A DNA stretch of 64,000 bases from the NCBI RefSeq assembly GCF_009914755.1, contig NC_060927.1; one strand, given 5' to 3'. The notes beneath the pieces were generated by a model. That model searched no databases. It saw nothing but the letters and a program-made list of their open reading frames with translations, and was not told where the DNA came from. Positions 38,681-52,640 of the stretch are shown here, one piece after another. Numbering within the stretch: the stretch's first letter is position 1; the number at the start of each line of letters is the position of its first letter. The DNA comes from the human T2T-CHM13v2.0 reference genome, Homo sapiens. The translations under genes were made by a program, and so were the position numbers.

Positions 38681-41243
38681 AAGCATATCATATGTATGCT
38701 TTTCACTTCTTTAATAGCACCTTTTTAATAACTAGGTGTTAAGTAGACTGGCAGGGATTAGAGTTGGAAGGAAGAATAAATCATTCCTGTCTTATGGGAT
38801 TCGTTTTCCTAGGTACATTGCTAAAAGTCTGATAAAAGTGAGATTAGGGCCCCCAAAACTGTGATCTGGGCTATTTTTCATGGCATAATATTATCCCTGC
38901 CACAAATCGTATATTTGTAAGAGTCTGTGTGGTCCTAAGTAAGGCAGAGACAGGAGTTTGTGGAGTACACACAGCTGTTAGTCAGAGAGTGTTAGAAGAT
39001 TTTGTACCTGCTGGTGGTAGCAATCTTGATCTTTTTTCCTCTGCCTCCTTTATAAAGCTTTTTTTTTTTTTTTTTTTTTTTTACTTCATTCTTCCTCTCT
39101 CAAGCTTTCTCACTTAACCCCCAAAACAGCTTGATTCACAGTTGTTTCTGTCCACCTGATCCTACCCCAAATGGAACAGATGAGCCTGGCTGACAAGTGA
39201 GTTTTACTTCTGTCTGCAGCATCAGCTCATAACCCTTAGGGTATTTTGCCATCAAATTTTAGTCATATTTATGTGTTGGAACCTAGCTACCCTGAAAAGA
39301 GATCCATAAAGGAACCAGACGTGCTTTATTACATGGCAAGTATTCCAGGGAATACTAATGGTGGAAGGTAATGCACTGAATCAGAAAAGAAGGGTTTTCC
39401 CCAAACTTTGGTACCCAGTGGTTCCTTTTAAAGTTGAAGTTGTGCTCCACGGAGAGGTAATAAAGTCATCTCTCAAGGACTGATACTTTTCTAATTCCAA
39501 AATCCTTTCCTCGGTGTATAATAATCAAAAGCAGAGGCCTGCCTTCCTGGACTTCACATTTTTCCTTTTATGGAAAACATTCAGCACTTTCTTGATGGCT
39601 TCATGAGCAAATAGTCCTTGAGCCATGACCTGAAGAATTTAGCTGGATGAATTTTTAAAATTAATGAATATTCAACTGTTTTATTCAAGGTTTACAAGAA
39701 GAGTGAAAAAAAATTCGGGGGGGTATTCATATAACTATGGAAACCTCGCCGTACTGAGTGAGGGCTGGGAAAAAGAGTCAATGACAGCCAGAAGTCCATT
39801 GAAAGAATCTGGGGGACTGCATCTTCCTCATAAACACATTATGGATTGTGGATTCATCTGCTGTGATGGTTAATATCCTCTCACCACTCAATTTCTCTTT
39901 TCTCTGGGCTGTTCTCACCTCCATCTTAATTGCAGGTTACATGTTTCTTAAGTGTTTTCTTTTGCTGCTTAGAGATGTGTGTCATGTCTAAGCACTGAGG
40001 GTGAAGCACATGTTACTCTTGCCATCTGAAACTGGCCCTGGTATGGGCAGCATTGAGATCAGAGGGCTAATCTCCACCTCTAGTAACCTTCCGCTGAGGC
40101 CTACTTGGCTGCTGGTGTTTTGTGTTACAATCCAACAGTCTCCACCATCTCCACAGTTGTGAGATCACTCAGCTTCTTGGAATAGTTTGCTAGTCAAGAG
40201 CCAACCTTACCCCTCTATGAGCATCTAGTGGTGAAACTGGATGATGGTTACTCTCAACTCATCATCCTAAGAACCAATGACTGTGCCAAGCATTAAAAGT
40301 GCACTCACAAGAATTTAAAATATTCAGAAATTTACTAACAAGGAGTTGATCCTTCTTTACACCTGAATAGGGGATGGCTAAGAAGAAATAAGAAAGGCAT
40401 CGAAGGTGAAAATGACAGGAAAAGGAAGATTTTAGAGAAGAGTAATTTCTTCTTTTATCTACCACTTTGAGAAAAATCATAAAAACAGCAATTTCCTTTT
40501 GAGGATAGAAACTGCTAATTGTACCAGAATCTCTGCATTCCTGATTTTAAATATGTCTGAGATTCTGTTATGCTCTTTTAAGAGAAGGAAGACACAGACA
40601 CTTTAATACCTTAATTTGAAGAAAAACTATTCTGGAAACAAATTTGGATTCTTGCAATTGAAGAATTAAGTAAAGTGAAGTCCCTTCATCATCCCCAGCA
40701 TCATTTCCTATACCTTTCTGGAATTTACTAGTATTTGCAATTATAGGCTTAGTTCCCATCTTTAGTTTCAGAGCCAGTTCTCTTTGAAGGATGAAGCTCT
40801 TCTTTCTGCCCTCCACTGTGGTTGGAGAGGTGCATTAAGCCCCCTTTCCAAGTATACTGCCCTGAGAATGAGAGTCATGAGGCTCACCAAAGACAAACCT
40901 GAGACTCATTAAGGCAGAATCTCAGTAATTCTCACTGTCCTGCAATGACCCAGTTCTGATCATAGGATTCTATAGCATAAAGGTACTTTGTTGGCTAGCC
41001 TCTGTAGAACTTTCCTTCTTTCTCATACCTGTCCTGAGTTCCTTTGTAAAGATTGTAGTCTTCAGAGTCTCCTTATTGCTTTAGCCTGGTTTTACTTTGC
41101 TCTTAACAGAGCCCCTTTTGGCAAATGATCTAGACACGTCCCATAACTCAGCTACCTGTCTGATTTTCTGAAGTTTAGTCATTTCCTCTGTTTTCAGACA
41201 TTGAGCCTGGTCCAACTTCTGAGACCCCTTGCAACATATTAGA

Positions 41244-41800
41244 CTAGATGTTGCAAACTCACATAGAGACCTCTGAATGGAGAGGGCTGGGTAAAAACCA
41301 AGGTGGACTGGAAAGAGCGTGCTTCATTTAAAGGAGGTAGTCACAAGTCATATCTAGCTGATAGCTGCAATTTCAAGAGAAAAAAAAATTATCTGAATTT
41401 TGGTGTGAAATTTCCTGATTTGAAAATGTTTGTGGCCGGGCATAGCAGCTCACTCCAGTAATCCCAGCACTTTGGGAGACCAAGGCAGGTGGATTGCTTG
41501 AGCCCAGGAGTTTGAGACCAGCTGCAGCAACATGGTGAAACCCCATATCTACCAAAAAATATAAAAATTAGGAGGGTGTGGGGAGGCATGCCTGTAGTCC
41601 CAGCTACTTAGAAGGCTGAGGTAGGAGGATCGCTTGGGCCTGGGAAGAGGAGGTTGCAGTGAGCCATGATTATACCACTGCACTCCAGCCTGGGCAATAG
41701 AGTGAGACCCTGTCTCAAAAAATATATTCACAACTAGTTCTTTTTATTTTTGAAATAACACGTGTGCCAAATAAACTACGTCTGCAGCCTGACCTATGAC
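41244..41800 (+). mobile_element. MER102-type hAT element split by AluJ
   Basis: gttgcaaactca...ctggaaagagcgtgc...tttcaagaga...gtgaaatttcctgattt, then caactagttc...gccaaataaactacgtctgcagcc after the Alu. Confidence 0.7.
41434..41722 (+). mobile_element. AluJ
   Basis: ggattgcttgagcccaggagtttgagacc, gaggatcgcttg, gtgagaccctgtctc (J diagnostics). Confidence 0.92.
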
Positions 41801-42171
41801 ACCTGACCTATGACTATATATGTGTGATTTCTATTTCAGACCATGTTCTTAAATGCTGGAATAACCCATGTGTCTGTGCTTCTGTCTAGGTGGATAAACC
41901 TGTGCTGTCAGTCTTTAAGCCCAGGACATCACCTCACTATCTATTTTAGCCAAATAGATGGTTGGTCTCCAGGACCATCCTGCTTCCCCTGTATTTTCCA
42001 TCTTGTTGTGTGTTGGGTATCAACATGTTTCCCAAGGGGCATTTCCTTGGCAAACGTGATTTTTCCAGCCCAGGAAATTATTATTAAACAACTCTAGTTT
42101 ACTAAGTACTGTGATGTTGCTTTAGGATATAAATATCAAATACCTCTAACACATTGCACTTGTTCTCTAGC

Positions 42172-42782
42172 TGTAGGGAGGACACAACCTAAAGTGACCC
42201 TCCAATAAGTAATATCTTTGCATAATCTGCTCCCCTTGAGAATAGGCAAAACCTATGACGGACTTGCTGCTAAGCAGTAGAATATAGCAAAGGTGATGGG
42301 ATGACAGTTTCTTGATTAGATTGAGTTAAATGGCAGAGGTGGGGGGTATCATAATGCCATGATTGCATTATGTTATAGAAGAGGCCCTTTTAGCAGACTG
42401 GAAAAGAAAATCTCCTACTGGCTTTGAAGAAGCAAACCATCATCCTGTGAACTTTCTACACAAAGAGCCATGTAGCAAGGAAATGTGGGCAACCTTTAAG
42501 ATTGCTAGTAAGAAGTTGAAGGCCCTAGTCATACAATTGCAAGGAAAGGAATTCTTCCAAAAACTTGAATGAGCTTCAAAGTAGATTTTTTTCTGAGTTA
42601 AGCCTTCAGATGAGACTACAACCCTGGTCAATACTTTGAATACCACCTGTGAGAACTTGAGCCAGAGGAACCACCTAAGCTGCACCTGGACTCTTGTCCC
42701 ATGAAAACTCTGAGATAATAAGTGTGTGTGGTTTTAAAGCATTAAATATGTGGTAATTTGTTATGCAGCATTAGAAAATACA
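42172..42782 (+). mobile_element. MLT1E/F-type MaLR LTR
   Basis: agaatatagcaaaggtgatgggatg...ctggctttgaagaagcaaac...agccttcagatgagac...tgtggtaatttgttatgcagcattagaaaataca. Confidence 0.85.
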
Positions 42783-43029
42783 AGCAGTTTAGAGCCTACC
42801 ATGGAAAATGCAATAGCCCATATGACATATAAAACAAGGTGGAGAAGCATTTACTTGCTTGAATTCATTTTAGGAAAAGTACTTGTTTGGGGGGAATAAA
42901 AGTAGAGAGACTTTGTTGAATGAGCCCCAGGGCTGCCCCCAAGGCTACTGTACAACCAAAAAGATGATGGTGTTTTTTTATTAAGAGAAAGATGTATGCT
43001 TATGGGTATTCCAGAGATCATCAAGATTT

Positions 43030-43680
43030 TGAGTGCTTCTCCCCCTGGCACATGCTCCCTTGAAGTTTGCATCTCACTCTTGCTTTGCTCTGATCTGTAT
43101 CACATAGGGAAGATGGCTCTTTGAATCTGCTTCTTGCTGGATACCACTAATAGGAGGCACTGGAAGGAGATTGGAGTGGAAGGGTGATAGGGGAATGAGA
43201 GAAGTCAGGGACTGTCTTCTGGTCTTTCTCGAGGTCTGGTGGCATCTGAGGCATGAGACGCAGTTCCAGTTCCAAAGGGAGTGGCCTTCCATTGTTTCTA
43301 GAACTTCACTGAGACATATGGTAGCCACTAATACATATATAGTTATAAGTAGCTATACAATGTTAAAATTTTAAAGTTCAGTTCTTCAATCACATTACTC
43401 ACATATCACTAGAGGCTACCACGTTGAATGATGCAGATATAGATCATTTACATCATTAGAAAAAGTTTTATTGGACAGTACTGTGCTAAAGAGTAATCCG
43501 GTCCATGGGCTCTGGTAACACTCCCTCCTGTCTGCCATTCTAGCCTACTGGTCGATGTGGTTGCTTGGTGCTATTAATTGCTATGTTATCTCACTGTCCT
43601 CCCTGTTCTCAGCATTTCTATCACCCGTGTAACCAATTCCCTGCATTAAGAGGGAACTGTGTCCTAAATAACCAACTGAT
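43030..43680 (+). mobile_element. Old ERVL LTR (LTR41-like) split by MER3
   Basis: ggaggcactggaaggagattggag...gagaagtcaggga and ctggtaacactccctcc...gtgtaaccaattccctgcattaa. Confidence 0.4.
43305..43482 (-). mobile_element. MER3 (hAT-Charlie)
   Basis: atggtagccacta...ttcagttcttcaatcacatta...gcagatataga...aagttttattggacagtactg. Confidence 0.7.
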
Positions 43681-43834
43681 TTCTTTTCTGGTCAAACTTT
43701 CATTGAGACATCAGAAGAGGAAAGAATAGGATAATCAACATTCCTATATTAGCTACTTATTGTTATATAACAAATTTCTCCCAAACTTAGAAGATTAAAA
43801 CAACAATTTATTGTTTCATAGTTTCCGTGACTCA

Positions 43835-44225
<391 letters not shown>

Positions 44226-46589
44226 CTAGCTCAAGTTCTTTAATAACATTGCAGTCAAGATTTTAGCAAGGGCTGCAGTCTTATTTGAAGGCTGAACTGG
44301 AGGAGGATTTGCTTCCAAGATCACACATGTGGTTGTTGTCAGGCTTCAGTTCCACACTGGCTGTTGGCTGGAACTCCTTGCCATTTGGACTTCTCAATTA
44401 ATTGCATGAGTGTTGTGTCGCATGGCACTGGATTACCCCAGAACAAGTAATCAAAAAGGGAAAGAAGGAACAGTAAGAGGGAGGCAGAGAGAGATCAAAA
44501 AAGAAACTGATAGTGAGAAAATGTTTAAAGTGGAAGATGTCATCTTTTATAATCTAAATTTAGAAATAACATGCCCTCATTTTGACTGCATTTTATTGAC
44601 TATAGAGATCAATTCTGGTATAGTGTAGAGGAATACATAGAATGAGAAAGCCAGGAGACATAAATCATTAGGGGCCATCGTGGAAACTACCTGCCAGAAG
44701 TGCTTGAGAGAGGTGAGTGGGTTTGATGTATAGGGAGATTGTTTAGCCTCTCCATGACTTAAATTGTGAAGGGAAGAAACCACGTAGCAAAAGGGTAAAA
44801 GGCTGTCCTGGTATAGAGGAATTTTATGGGAAAACACTAACATTTCTATGATGCTATGTCACTTTTGAACTGTATGCAGCATTCAGAAGACTATTTGATT
44901 ACTGTTTCCATTTAAATCTAGGACATGATAAAAAGTATAAAGATGTTACAGAATGGTACTTACTTTGGAAAATAATTTGAAATCATTAGCCCACTTAAAA
45001 TCAAGATTTGGGGCAAATGTCTTAACATTTAGAAGGAATTTTAAAAACATATATGGCTAGTGCAAAGTTGATTATAACCTTTTGGGGAGGCTGGTTCAGG
45101 GTTTGCATTCTTGCTTGATGGTTTAGTAGTGGATGCTCAGTAAGCTTCAGGTTGCTCTTGGCTACATAGAAGTTTTCTGCGAGGAAAGATTTAGAAAGCA
45201 CAAATCTTTATCTGTCAGCTGACAGATTATGAAGTCAGGCGCCTGTGTGGATGAGTTAGGATGAAAGGAGAGAGCAGTTTCATTTCAACTCTAGCCTGTG
45301 GTAAGGAGAAGGGGTGGGCTGTTGAATGCCAGCTTGTTCTTTTCTGATGAATATAAACCTAAAGAAGAAAATGGCATTGATACCCATGTGTTCAGCTGTA
45401 TCACATGCAGTCCTTGTCACTTCATGAATGAGAGACATCCCATCTTCTCTGCAGTCAGTTATGTTTATGTTTAGCTGAACACAGCCTGCCTGGAAAATGG
45501 CCCAGTTCAAGAAAATTGTCATTTTGAAGAAAAAGTTACTACACACTATTCACAATAAAGAAGGGAATTTCTAAGAAGCATTTTTATCTTCTTGAAAGCA
45601 GGAAGTGACAGAGAATGAGAATGAGAAAGAAAGAGAATTGTAGCCGAAGTAAGCCCAGGATATAATTTTTGAAAACCTAACAAACTTTAGTGAATAGCTT
45701 TTTTTAAAAAAAGAAAAAAATTAAATCAAAATGCATTTTTATGTTTGAAAGTTTCAAGCTGTAAAAATAAACCCTGGAAGTAGATTGCCTGGAGTAAGAT
45801 TTAATTAAACACTGTACAGTAAATTAGCAGAATTTAATGAGGATCAGCTTTAGTTCCTAGAAACTACAATAGGTAGAAATATTCATTTTGTCATATATTT
45901 TAAAATTCCACTATCTCATATCCAAACTGTAGTTTTAGAAAATAAAAACTAAACAAAGTATTACCAAGAAGAAGGCAATTTATTAGGGAGATCATGTATT
46001 GCTGCTGGGATTTGAGGAGGGTCTTACTTCAAATACTAAAAGTCAGAAGAATGCTTTTTGTAAAACAAAATATATTGAAAGATGAGTTGAATTTTTGAGC
46101 CTGAAGCAGAAGGGTTATCTAGTATTATATTAATACTTCCCTAGGCTGTGGCTTAACTAGAATTTCAAGGAGAGCTCTTCCTTCCTTCCTCTTTTCCTCC
46201 CTCTCTTTATCCCGTTTTCTCATCTTCATTTATTTTTTCTTGATCTCTTTCTAAACAGAAAGACTACTGTACATCATAGTTGAGAGGTAAAGTTAAAGGA
46301 AGACAACCAGTCATACATACAACAAACCTTCCTGGAACATAACTACGTTATTGTTGTTTTACCCCTGCCTATAATTCACCAAGCACATGTCCTCAGTATT
46401 ACTCAATATGCATCATTTGTTTTGCCTAAGGAACCACCTGTACTCAAGAGTTACAGTGGACTAGAATACATTCACTGGGGGGAAAAAAAAGTTCTCAGAC
46501 AACTAGGATCCAAAGAAACCTCTCTGATGGGACTTTTTAAAAGTGAAATGAGAGAACTCAAATCACTTTACAGAGGGAGCAATGTGATA

Positions 46590-46710
46590 GAATGGCTAGA
46601 CTGTGAATTTGGGGAATTACAAGTGGGTCTTTATTGTGGGTGCATTCTTAGCACTAAGAAGGATGCCTGAAACATAGTTGAGCCTCCCTAAATGTGTGTT
46701 GAATAAAATT
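46590..46710 (+). mobile_element. L2 3' end fragment
   Basis: ctagactgtgaatt...tgcctgaaacatagttgagcctccctaaatgtgtgttgaata. Confidence 0.55.
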
Positions 46711-47360
46711 ATGGATGATGCTTTGCACCATGTGTGTGGTTTACATGAGTAAAAAATTAATGCATCCTCATGTGTCTTTCCTTAGTTGTAATAAATTTTA
46801 GAAGTAGAGATTTGTCTTTCTGACTTCAAAGATTAAATTCCTGGAAATCCCATAGTGGGAAAAGTAATGATTGAGAAACTTCAAATTGAAAAGAAATCAA
46901 GGATGTGAGAGATTTATATGCAAAAACTGTAATGATGAAACAAATTGAAGGCACAAACAAATGGGAAAATATCCCATGCTCATGGACAGGAAAAATTAAT
47001 ATTACTAAAATGTCCATGCTGCCCAAAGCAGTATACAGATTTAACACAATCTTTATCAAAATTCCATTGACATTCTTTACAGAAATAGAAAAAAAATCCG
47101 AAAATGTGTATGGAACCAGAAAAAGACCCACAATTTCCAGAGCAATACTAAGAAAAAGTTGGAGGCATCATACTTCCAGATTTAAAATTATGCTACAAAG
47201 CTATAGTGATAAAACAGCATAATACGGGCATAGAAACAGAAACACAAACCAATAGAACAGAATAAAAGCCCAGAAATAAGTCCAAACTTATGCAGTCAAC
47301 TAATTTTTTACAAGGACACCAAAAGGACACAAAAACAATAAATGGTGCTGGGAAAACTGA

Positions 47361-47809
<449 letters not shown>

Positions 47810-48096
47810 GAAAAGATTCTTGATATTAGCCTGGCAATGATTTTTTTGGATATCACACCAAAAGATCAGGCTACAAAAACAAAAATAACTAGGACTACAT
47901 CAAACTAAAAGCTTCTGTGTAGCAAATGAAACAACCAATAAAATGAAAAGGCAGTCTACAGACTTGGAAATCGTAACTGCAATCCACATATTTGAAAGGG
48001 GTTAATATCTAAGATTGATAAGGAACTCTTACAACTCAATAGCAGAAAAATAACTCTATTTAAAAATGGGCAAAAGACTCAAACAGATATTTATCC

Positions 48097-48710
48097 TATT
48101 AAGTAAAACAAGATTGACACAGAAGTTAAAGGAAATAGGATTTATTTGGGAAACAAAGAATCAGAACTCAGGTCCACTGAGTAAGGACAGTCCTGAATTG
48201 TGTCCTGCAAGGGAAACACAAGTGAGGTATTTTATGGGGGATTTTCGTGAAAAGTTATTTTCAGAGGCGGTTCACTGGCTTGGCAGAAATCTTAAATTGT
48301 AAACTATTCTGATTGGTTAGTTAATATACTCTCCGCTGAGAGACACTGAAGGCCAAAGGATACTGACTTTAGTTGTTATTCGTCTATTACAAGCTTGTCC
48401 CACCTGCAGCCTTGGGGCCACATGTGTCCCAGGACAGCTTTAAATGCAGACCAACACAAATTTGTAAACTTTCTTGAAACATTATGAGATTTTTGTACGA
48501 TTTCTTTTTAAGCTCATTAGCTATTGTTAGAGTATTTTACGTGTGGCCCAAGACAATTCTTCCAGTGTGGGCCAGGGAAGCCAAAAGATTGGACACCCGG
48601 TCTAGTGAAAATCCTGTGGTTTGACTTTTAGCAGGTGTTAGTTCAATCCTCCCACAATCTCCTGACTCCCCTTAAAAGCATTAGCCTTAATTACTTCATT
48701 TTCTTTCACA
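48097..48710 (-). mobile_element. Solo LTR, probably ERV1 class (family not identified), inserted in L1
   Basis: Interrupts L1 between aaacagatattt.. and ctcaaaagaagat; minus strand starts TGTGAAAGAAAAT; tttatt near left end. Confidence 0.6.
48390..48599 (-). mobile_element. MER30 (hAT-Charlie)
   Basis: caagcttgtcc...ccaacacaaatttgtaaactttcttgaaacattatgaga...cagggaagccaaaagattggacaccc; degenerate 8-bp TSD gtctatta/gtctagtg. Confidence 0.9.
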
Positions 48711-49601
48711 CTCAAAAGAAGATGTAAAAATGGCCAACAGATATATGAAAAGGTGCTCAACGTTACTAATTAAGAAAATACAAGTTAAAGGCACCATGAT
48801 ATATCACCTCACACCAGTAAGGATGACTATTAAAAAGACAAGAGATAACAAATGTTGACAAGAGTGTGGAGAAAAAGGAATGCTAGTGCACTGTTGGGAA
48901 GGTATATTGGTGCAGCCATTGTGGACAAGAGTATGAAGCCTCCTTAAAAAATTAAAATTAAAACTACCTTATAACCCAGCAATCCCTGTTCTGGGTATAT
49001 ACCCAAAGGGGATGAAATCACCACCTCAAAAAGATATCTACACTCCATGTTTATTGCAGAATTATTCACAATAGACAAGATATGGAAACAACCTAAATGT
49101 TCATGGATGGATGAATTAATGAAGAAATATTCAGCCTTTGAAAAAGGAGGTCCTGCCATTTGCCACAACATGGATGGACCTGGAGGACATTATTCTAAGT
49201 GAAATAAGCCAGACACAGAAGGAAAACTTGTGTGATCTCACTTATATGTAGAATTTGTAAAAGAGCTCAAATACACATATATAATGAAATAGTGGTTACC
49301 ATGGGCAGGGGAATGGGAGTAGGGAGAGGCAATGGGGAGATACAGGTCAAAGGGTACAAAATAGCAGATATGTAGGAAGAGCAAATCTAGACATCTAATG
49401 TATAGCATGAAAACTAAAGTTAATAAAATTATACAGTATTAGGGATTTTTGTTCAATGGATTTTAGCTGTCCTTATCAGAAAAAAGTATGAGATGATGTC
49501 TTAATCTGCTTCACTGTGGTAACTATTTTAGTGTCTGCATGTATATCCTAATATGTAAATCTCAAATATGCACAATATTTATTCTAAAAAAACAATCAAG
49601 A

Positions 49602-49907
49602 TTTTTATTTTATTTTATTTTATTTTGAGACGGAGTCTCACTGTGTAGCCAGGCTGGGGTGCAGTGACGTGATCTTGGCTCACTGCAACCTCTGCCTCCC
49701 GGGTCAAGCGATTCTCCTGCCTCAGCCTCCCAAATAGCTGAAACTACATGCGTGCACCACCACGCCCTGCTAATTTTTGTATTTTTAGTAGAGATGGGGT
49801 TTCATCATGTTGCTCAGGATGGTCTTGATCTCTTGACCTCATGATCCACCCACCCCGGCCTCCCAAAGTGCTGCTGGGATTGCAGGTGTGAGCCACCGCG
49901 CCTGGCC
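49602..49907 (-). mobile_element. AluSc-like SINE
   Basis: (TTTTA)n tail, antisense dimer, atctcttgacctcatgatcc. Confidence 0.93.
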
Positions 49908-51404
49908 AAAATGTGCACATTTTAAGGTGTTTTCTCCCCTTAGTGTCTAGAATATCTCCTAAATATTGAATGCCTTTTGGATTTCTTTGGAAGTTTATAG
50001 CACAAATGTTTTTGGCCACCTCTTTCTATGTCCCTCCTGTAGCCTCTCCTTGGCCTTTAAGATGCAGAATAATGTAGTTGTTGAGATCTTCCTGATATAA
50101 ATTTATGCCAAGTATACACATCAGCAACAATTGTACATATCACTGCTTTCCTCCTTCCAACAGGTATAAGGACTTAGTTCTCAGTCCTGGGTTTCACTTC
50201 ACTGCATGCTGCTTTGTGCAATAGTTAGCAAGCATTTTAGGGGACTGGCTAAGCAAAGTTTCCAAAAATAAGAGAAATCTAGAGGCAATGAACTTCTCCA
50301 AAATTTTGAAATTAAAAACATCCTCAAAACCCAAGAAGAAACTAGTTTAATTTTGTCAAACATTATACCTAACATATAGGGTATAAAGTTGTTGTTTTGA
50401 ATTACACATATCATGAGCAGCTTATAAAATTCTTTTTAGTAAGTATCAGTCCCTAAAATCTTAATATGACCCGGATTTAACCTCATCTTTCCTGTCTTTT
50501 CTCTTTCCAGATTTTATTAGCAAAATTTCTCCACTGATTATGACTTTTGAGTTACCCCTTCTTCCTCTGTAAACACTGTTTTTTTTCTATTTTTTCTAGT
50601 TATCCAAAACTGGAGTAATTGGCAAATCACTTGCACTGGAACTCAAATTCTTGTGGGTTTGCTGAGAAAAGGTTATACAGAAGTAAAACCACATATACTT
50701 GAATTTTTCATAAGGGGAACTCCAGGCCAGGGAAAGATTGTGGTTTTGTAGGAAGATCACTCTCACCCTCAAAAAGCCAAGGGCATCTTTTCTTTAAAAG
50801 AGTTCCCACTTTGTTTATGTGGGAAATTGTCCAGGGCACAGCAAGTCTCTGGCAGGACTTTGCTGGCCTTTTGCTTTCTAACTGGCTGTTGTAAGCAAAA
50901 ACAGCCCTCCAGAGTCTCTGTGTTTTGGTGACATGTGCAGCTGCAGTTTTCAGGGGAGGAAAGGGGCAGGAAAGAAAAAGGAGGATATCCTAATTCCTTT
51001 CCCACCTGATGTTCTAAAATGTTGAGATTGGGTCCTTACAGCCAGGGGTCATGAACCTAAATAAAGCACAGGGTAGCCAGCAGTGCTAGAATATCCACTC
51101 CATTTTCCTTAATTCAGTCTATAAAACAGAAGTATTCTGAAGTCTGTCCATGGATTTGATTTCCTGCAGTCTGAGCTCTACTGAGAGAGAGGTGGTGGAG
51201 CTCCTTCCTCTCTGTGGTGTCTCCAGCACCCTATAAATCAGCAGCTGGCTCACAATGTGTGCCTTTATATCCCATGGCCAAATCTCTACTGGCTACTTAA
51301 GGATACATTTCTGGGTCTTTGAGATGAGAAACTACACAACAGATGAGTGAATTTTAAGGATCCTATCGGTGTAAAATATATTAGGATTTGAATTAGAATA
51401 TAAT

Positions 51405-51947
51405 GGGGGTTCAGAACCTGGACTCTAGTCTGACTGCCTGGGTTTCACATTTCAGTACTTACTAGCTGTTGGACCATAGCTACGTTTTTGTGTGTTTGTT
51501 TGTTTTTGAGACAGAGTCTGTGTCACCCAGGCTGGAGCACAGTGGTGCAGTTAAGGCTCACAGCAGCCTCAAACTCATGGGCTCAAGCGATCAGCCCCGA
51601 CCTCAGCCACCTTGAGTGGCTGGGACTATGGGCGTGTACCACCACGTCAGGCTAATTTTTGCATTTTTTGTAGAGACAGGGTTTCACCATGTTGCCTAGG
51701 CTGGTCTCGAACTCTTGGGCTCGAGCAATTGGCCTGCCTCAGCCTCCCAAAGTACTGGGATTACAGGTGTGAGCCACTACGGCCAGTTTTTCTTAAAAAA
51801 ACTTTCCAAGCCTCTGTTTCCTCTTCTATAAAATGGTAATAATAATAGTACCTATCTCTTGGGTTTTTGTGAGGTTTAAAAACATGATTGTTGCAAAGCC
51901 TTGGGAACAGTGCTTGGCAATAATAAACAGTAAATTTAAGTGCTGTT
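51405..51947 (+). mobile_element. Near full-length MIR split by AluJ
   Basis: gactgcctgggttt...cttactagctgt, then agcctctgtttcctcttctataaaatggtaataataatagtacctatctc...aacagtgcttggca. Confidence 0.8.
51485..51784 (-). mobile_element. AluJ
   Basis: gctcacagcagcctcaaactcatgggctcaagcgatc, ttttgtagagacagggtttc, tgttgcctaggctgg. Confidence 0.9.
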
Positions 51948-51972
51948 GTGCTTGTGGTGGTTCATAATATTG

Positions 51973-52297
<325 letters not shown>

Positions 52298-52324
52298 TGC
52301 TATTATTATTGTTATTCTATTGGC

Positions 52325-52640
52325 GTAACATAGATTAGGTTGTCCAGGAGTAGAGCCTGAGACAAGAATTCTGGTGCAGGTATTTATTGAGGAATTACTC
52401 TCAAGGGAAACCTGTAAGGAGTGAGAGAATTAACGTAGGACAAGGAAGAAACTAGGCAAAGATGTAGTTTTAGCAGAGGCCTCACTTCAGCCTGATCCCA
52501 TGGGGACATCTTGAGTAAGAATTACAGCAAAAGTTGTCCCACTGTAAGACAAGGTGACCAAATTTGTACCCCTGAAACAATTACTCATTGGTTTTAGGTT
52601 GCCTCAAGTGCAGAAAGCATAATTCCCAGCACCTTCTGAG
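52325..52640 (-). mobile_element. Old ERVL LTR (LTR16/LTR33-like)
   Basis: agagcctgagacaagaattctggtgcaggtatttattgag...cttcagcctgatcccatgggga. Confidence 0.55.

Noticed and set aside
46905-47222. 105-aa ORF with clear protein homology
   Set aside because: Fragment of L1 ORF2p in a decayed L1MA; not a host gene.
50480-50515. Strong plus-strand acceptors here and at ~16510 and ~53135
   Set aside because: No convincing downstream donor; isolated acceptors are common.
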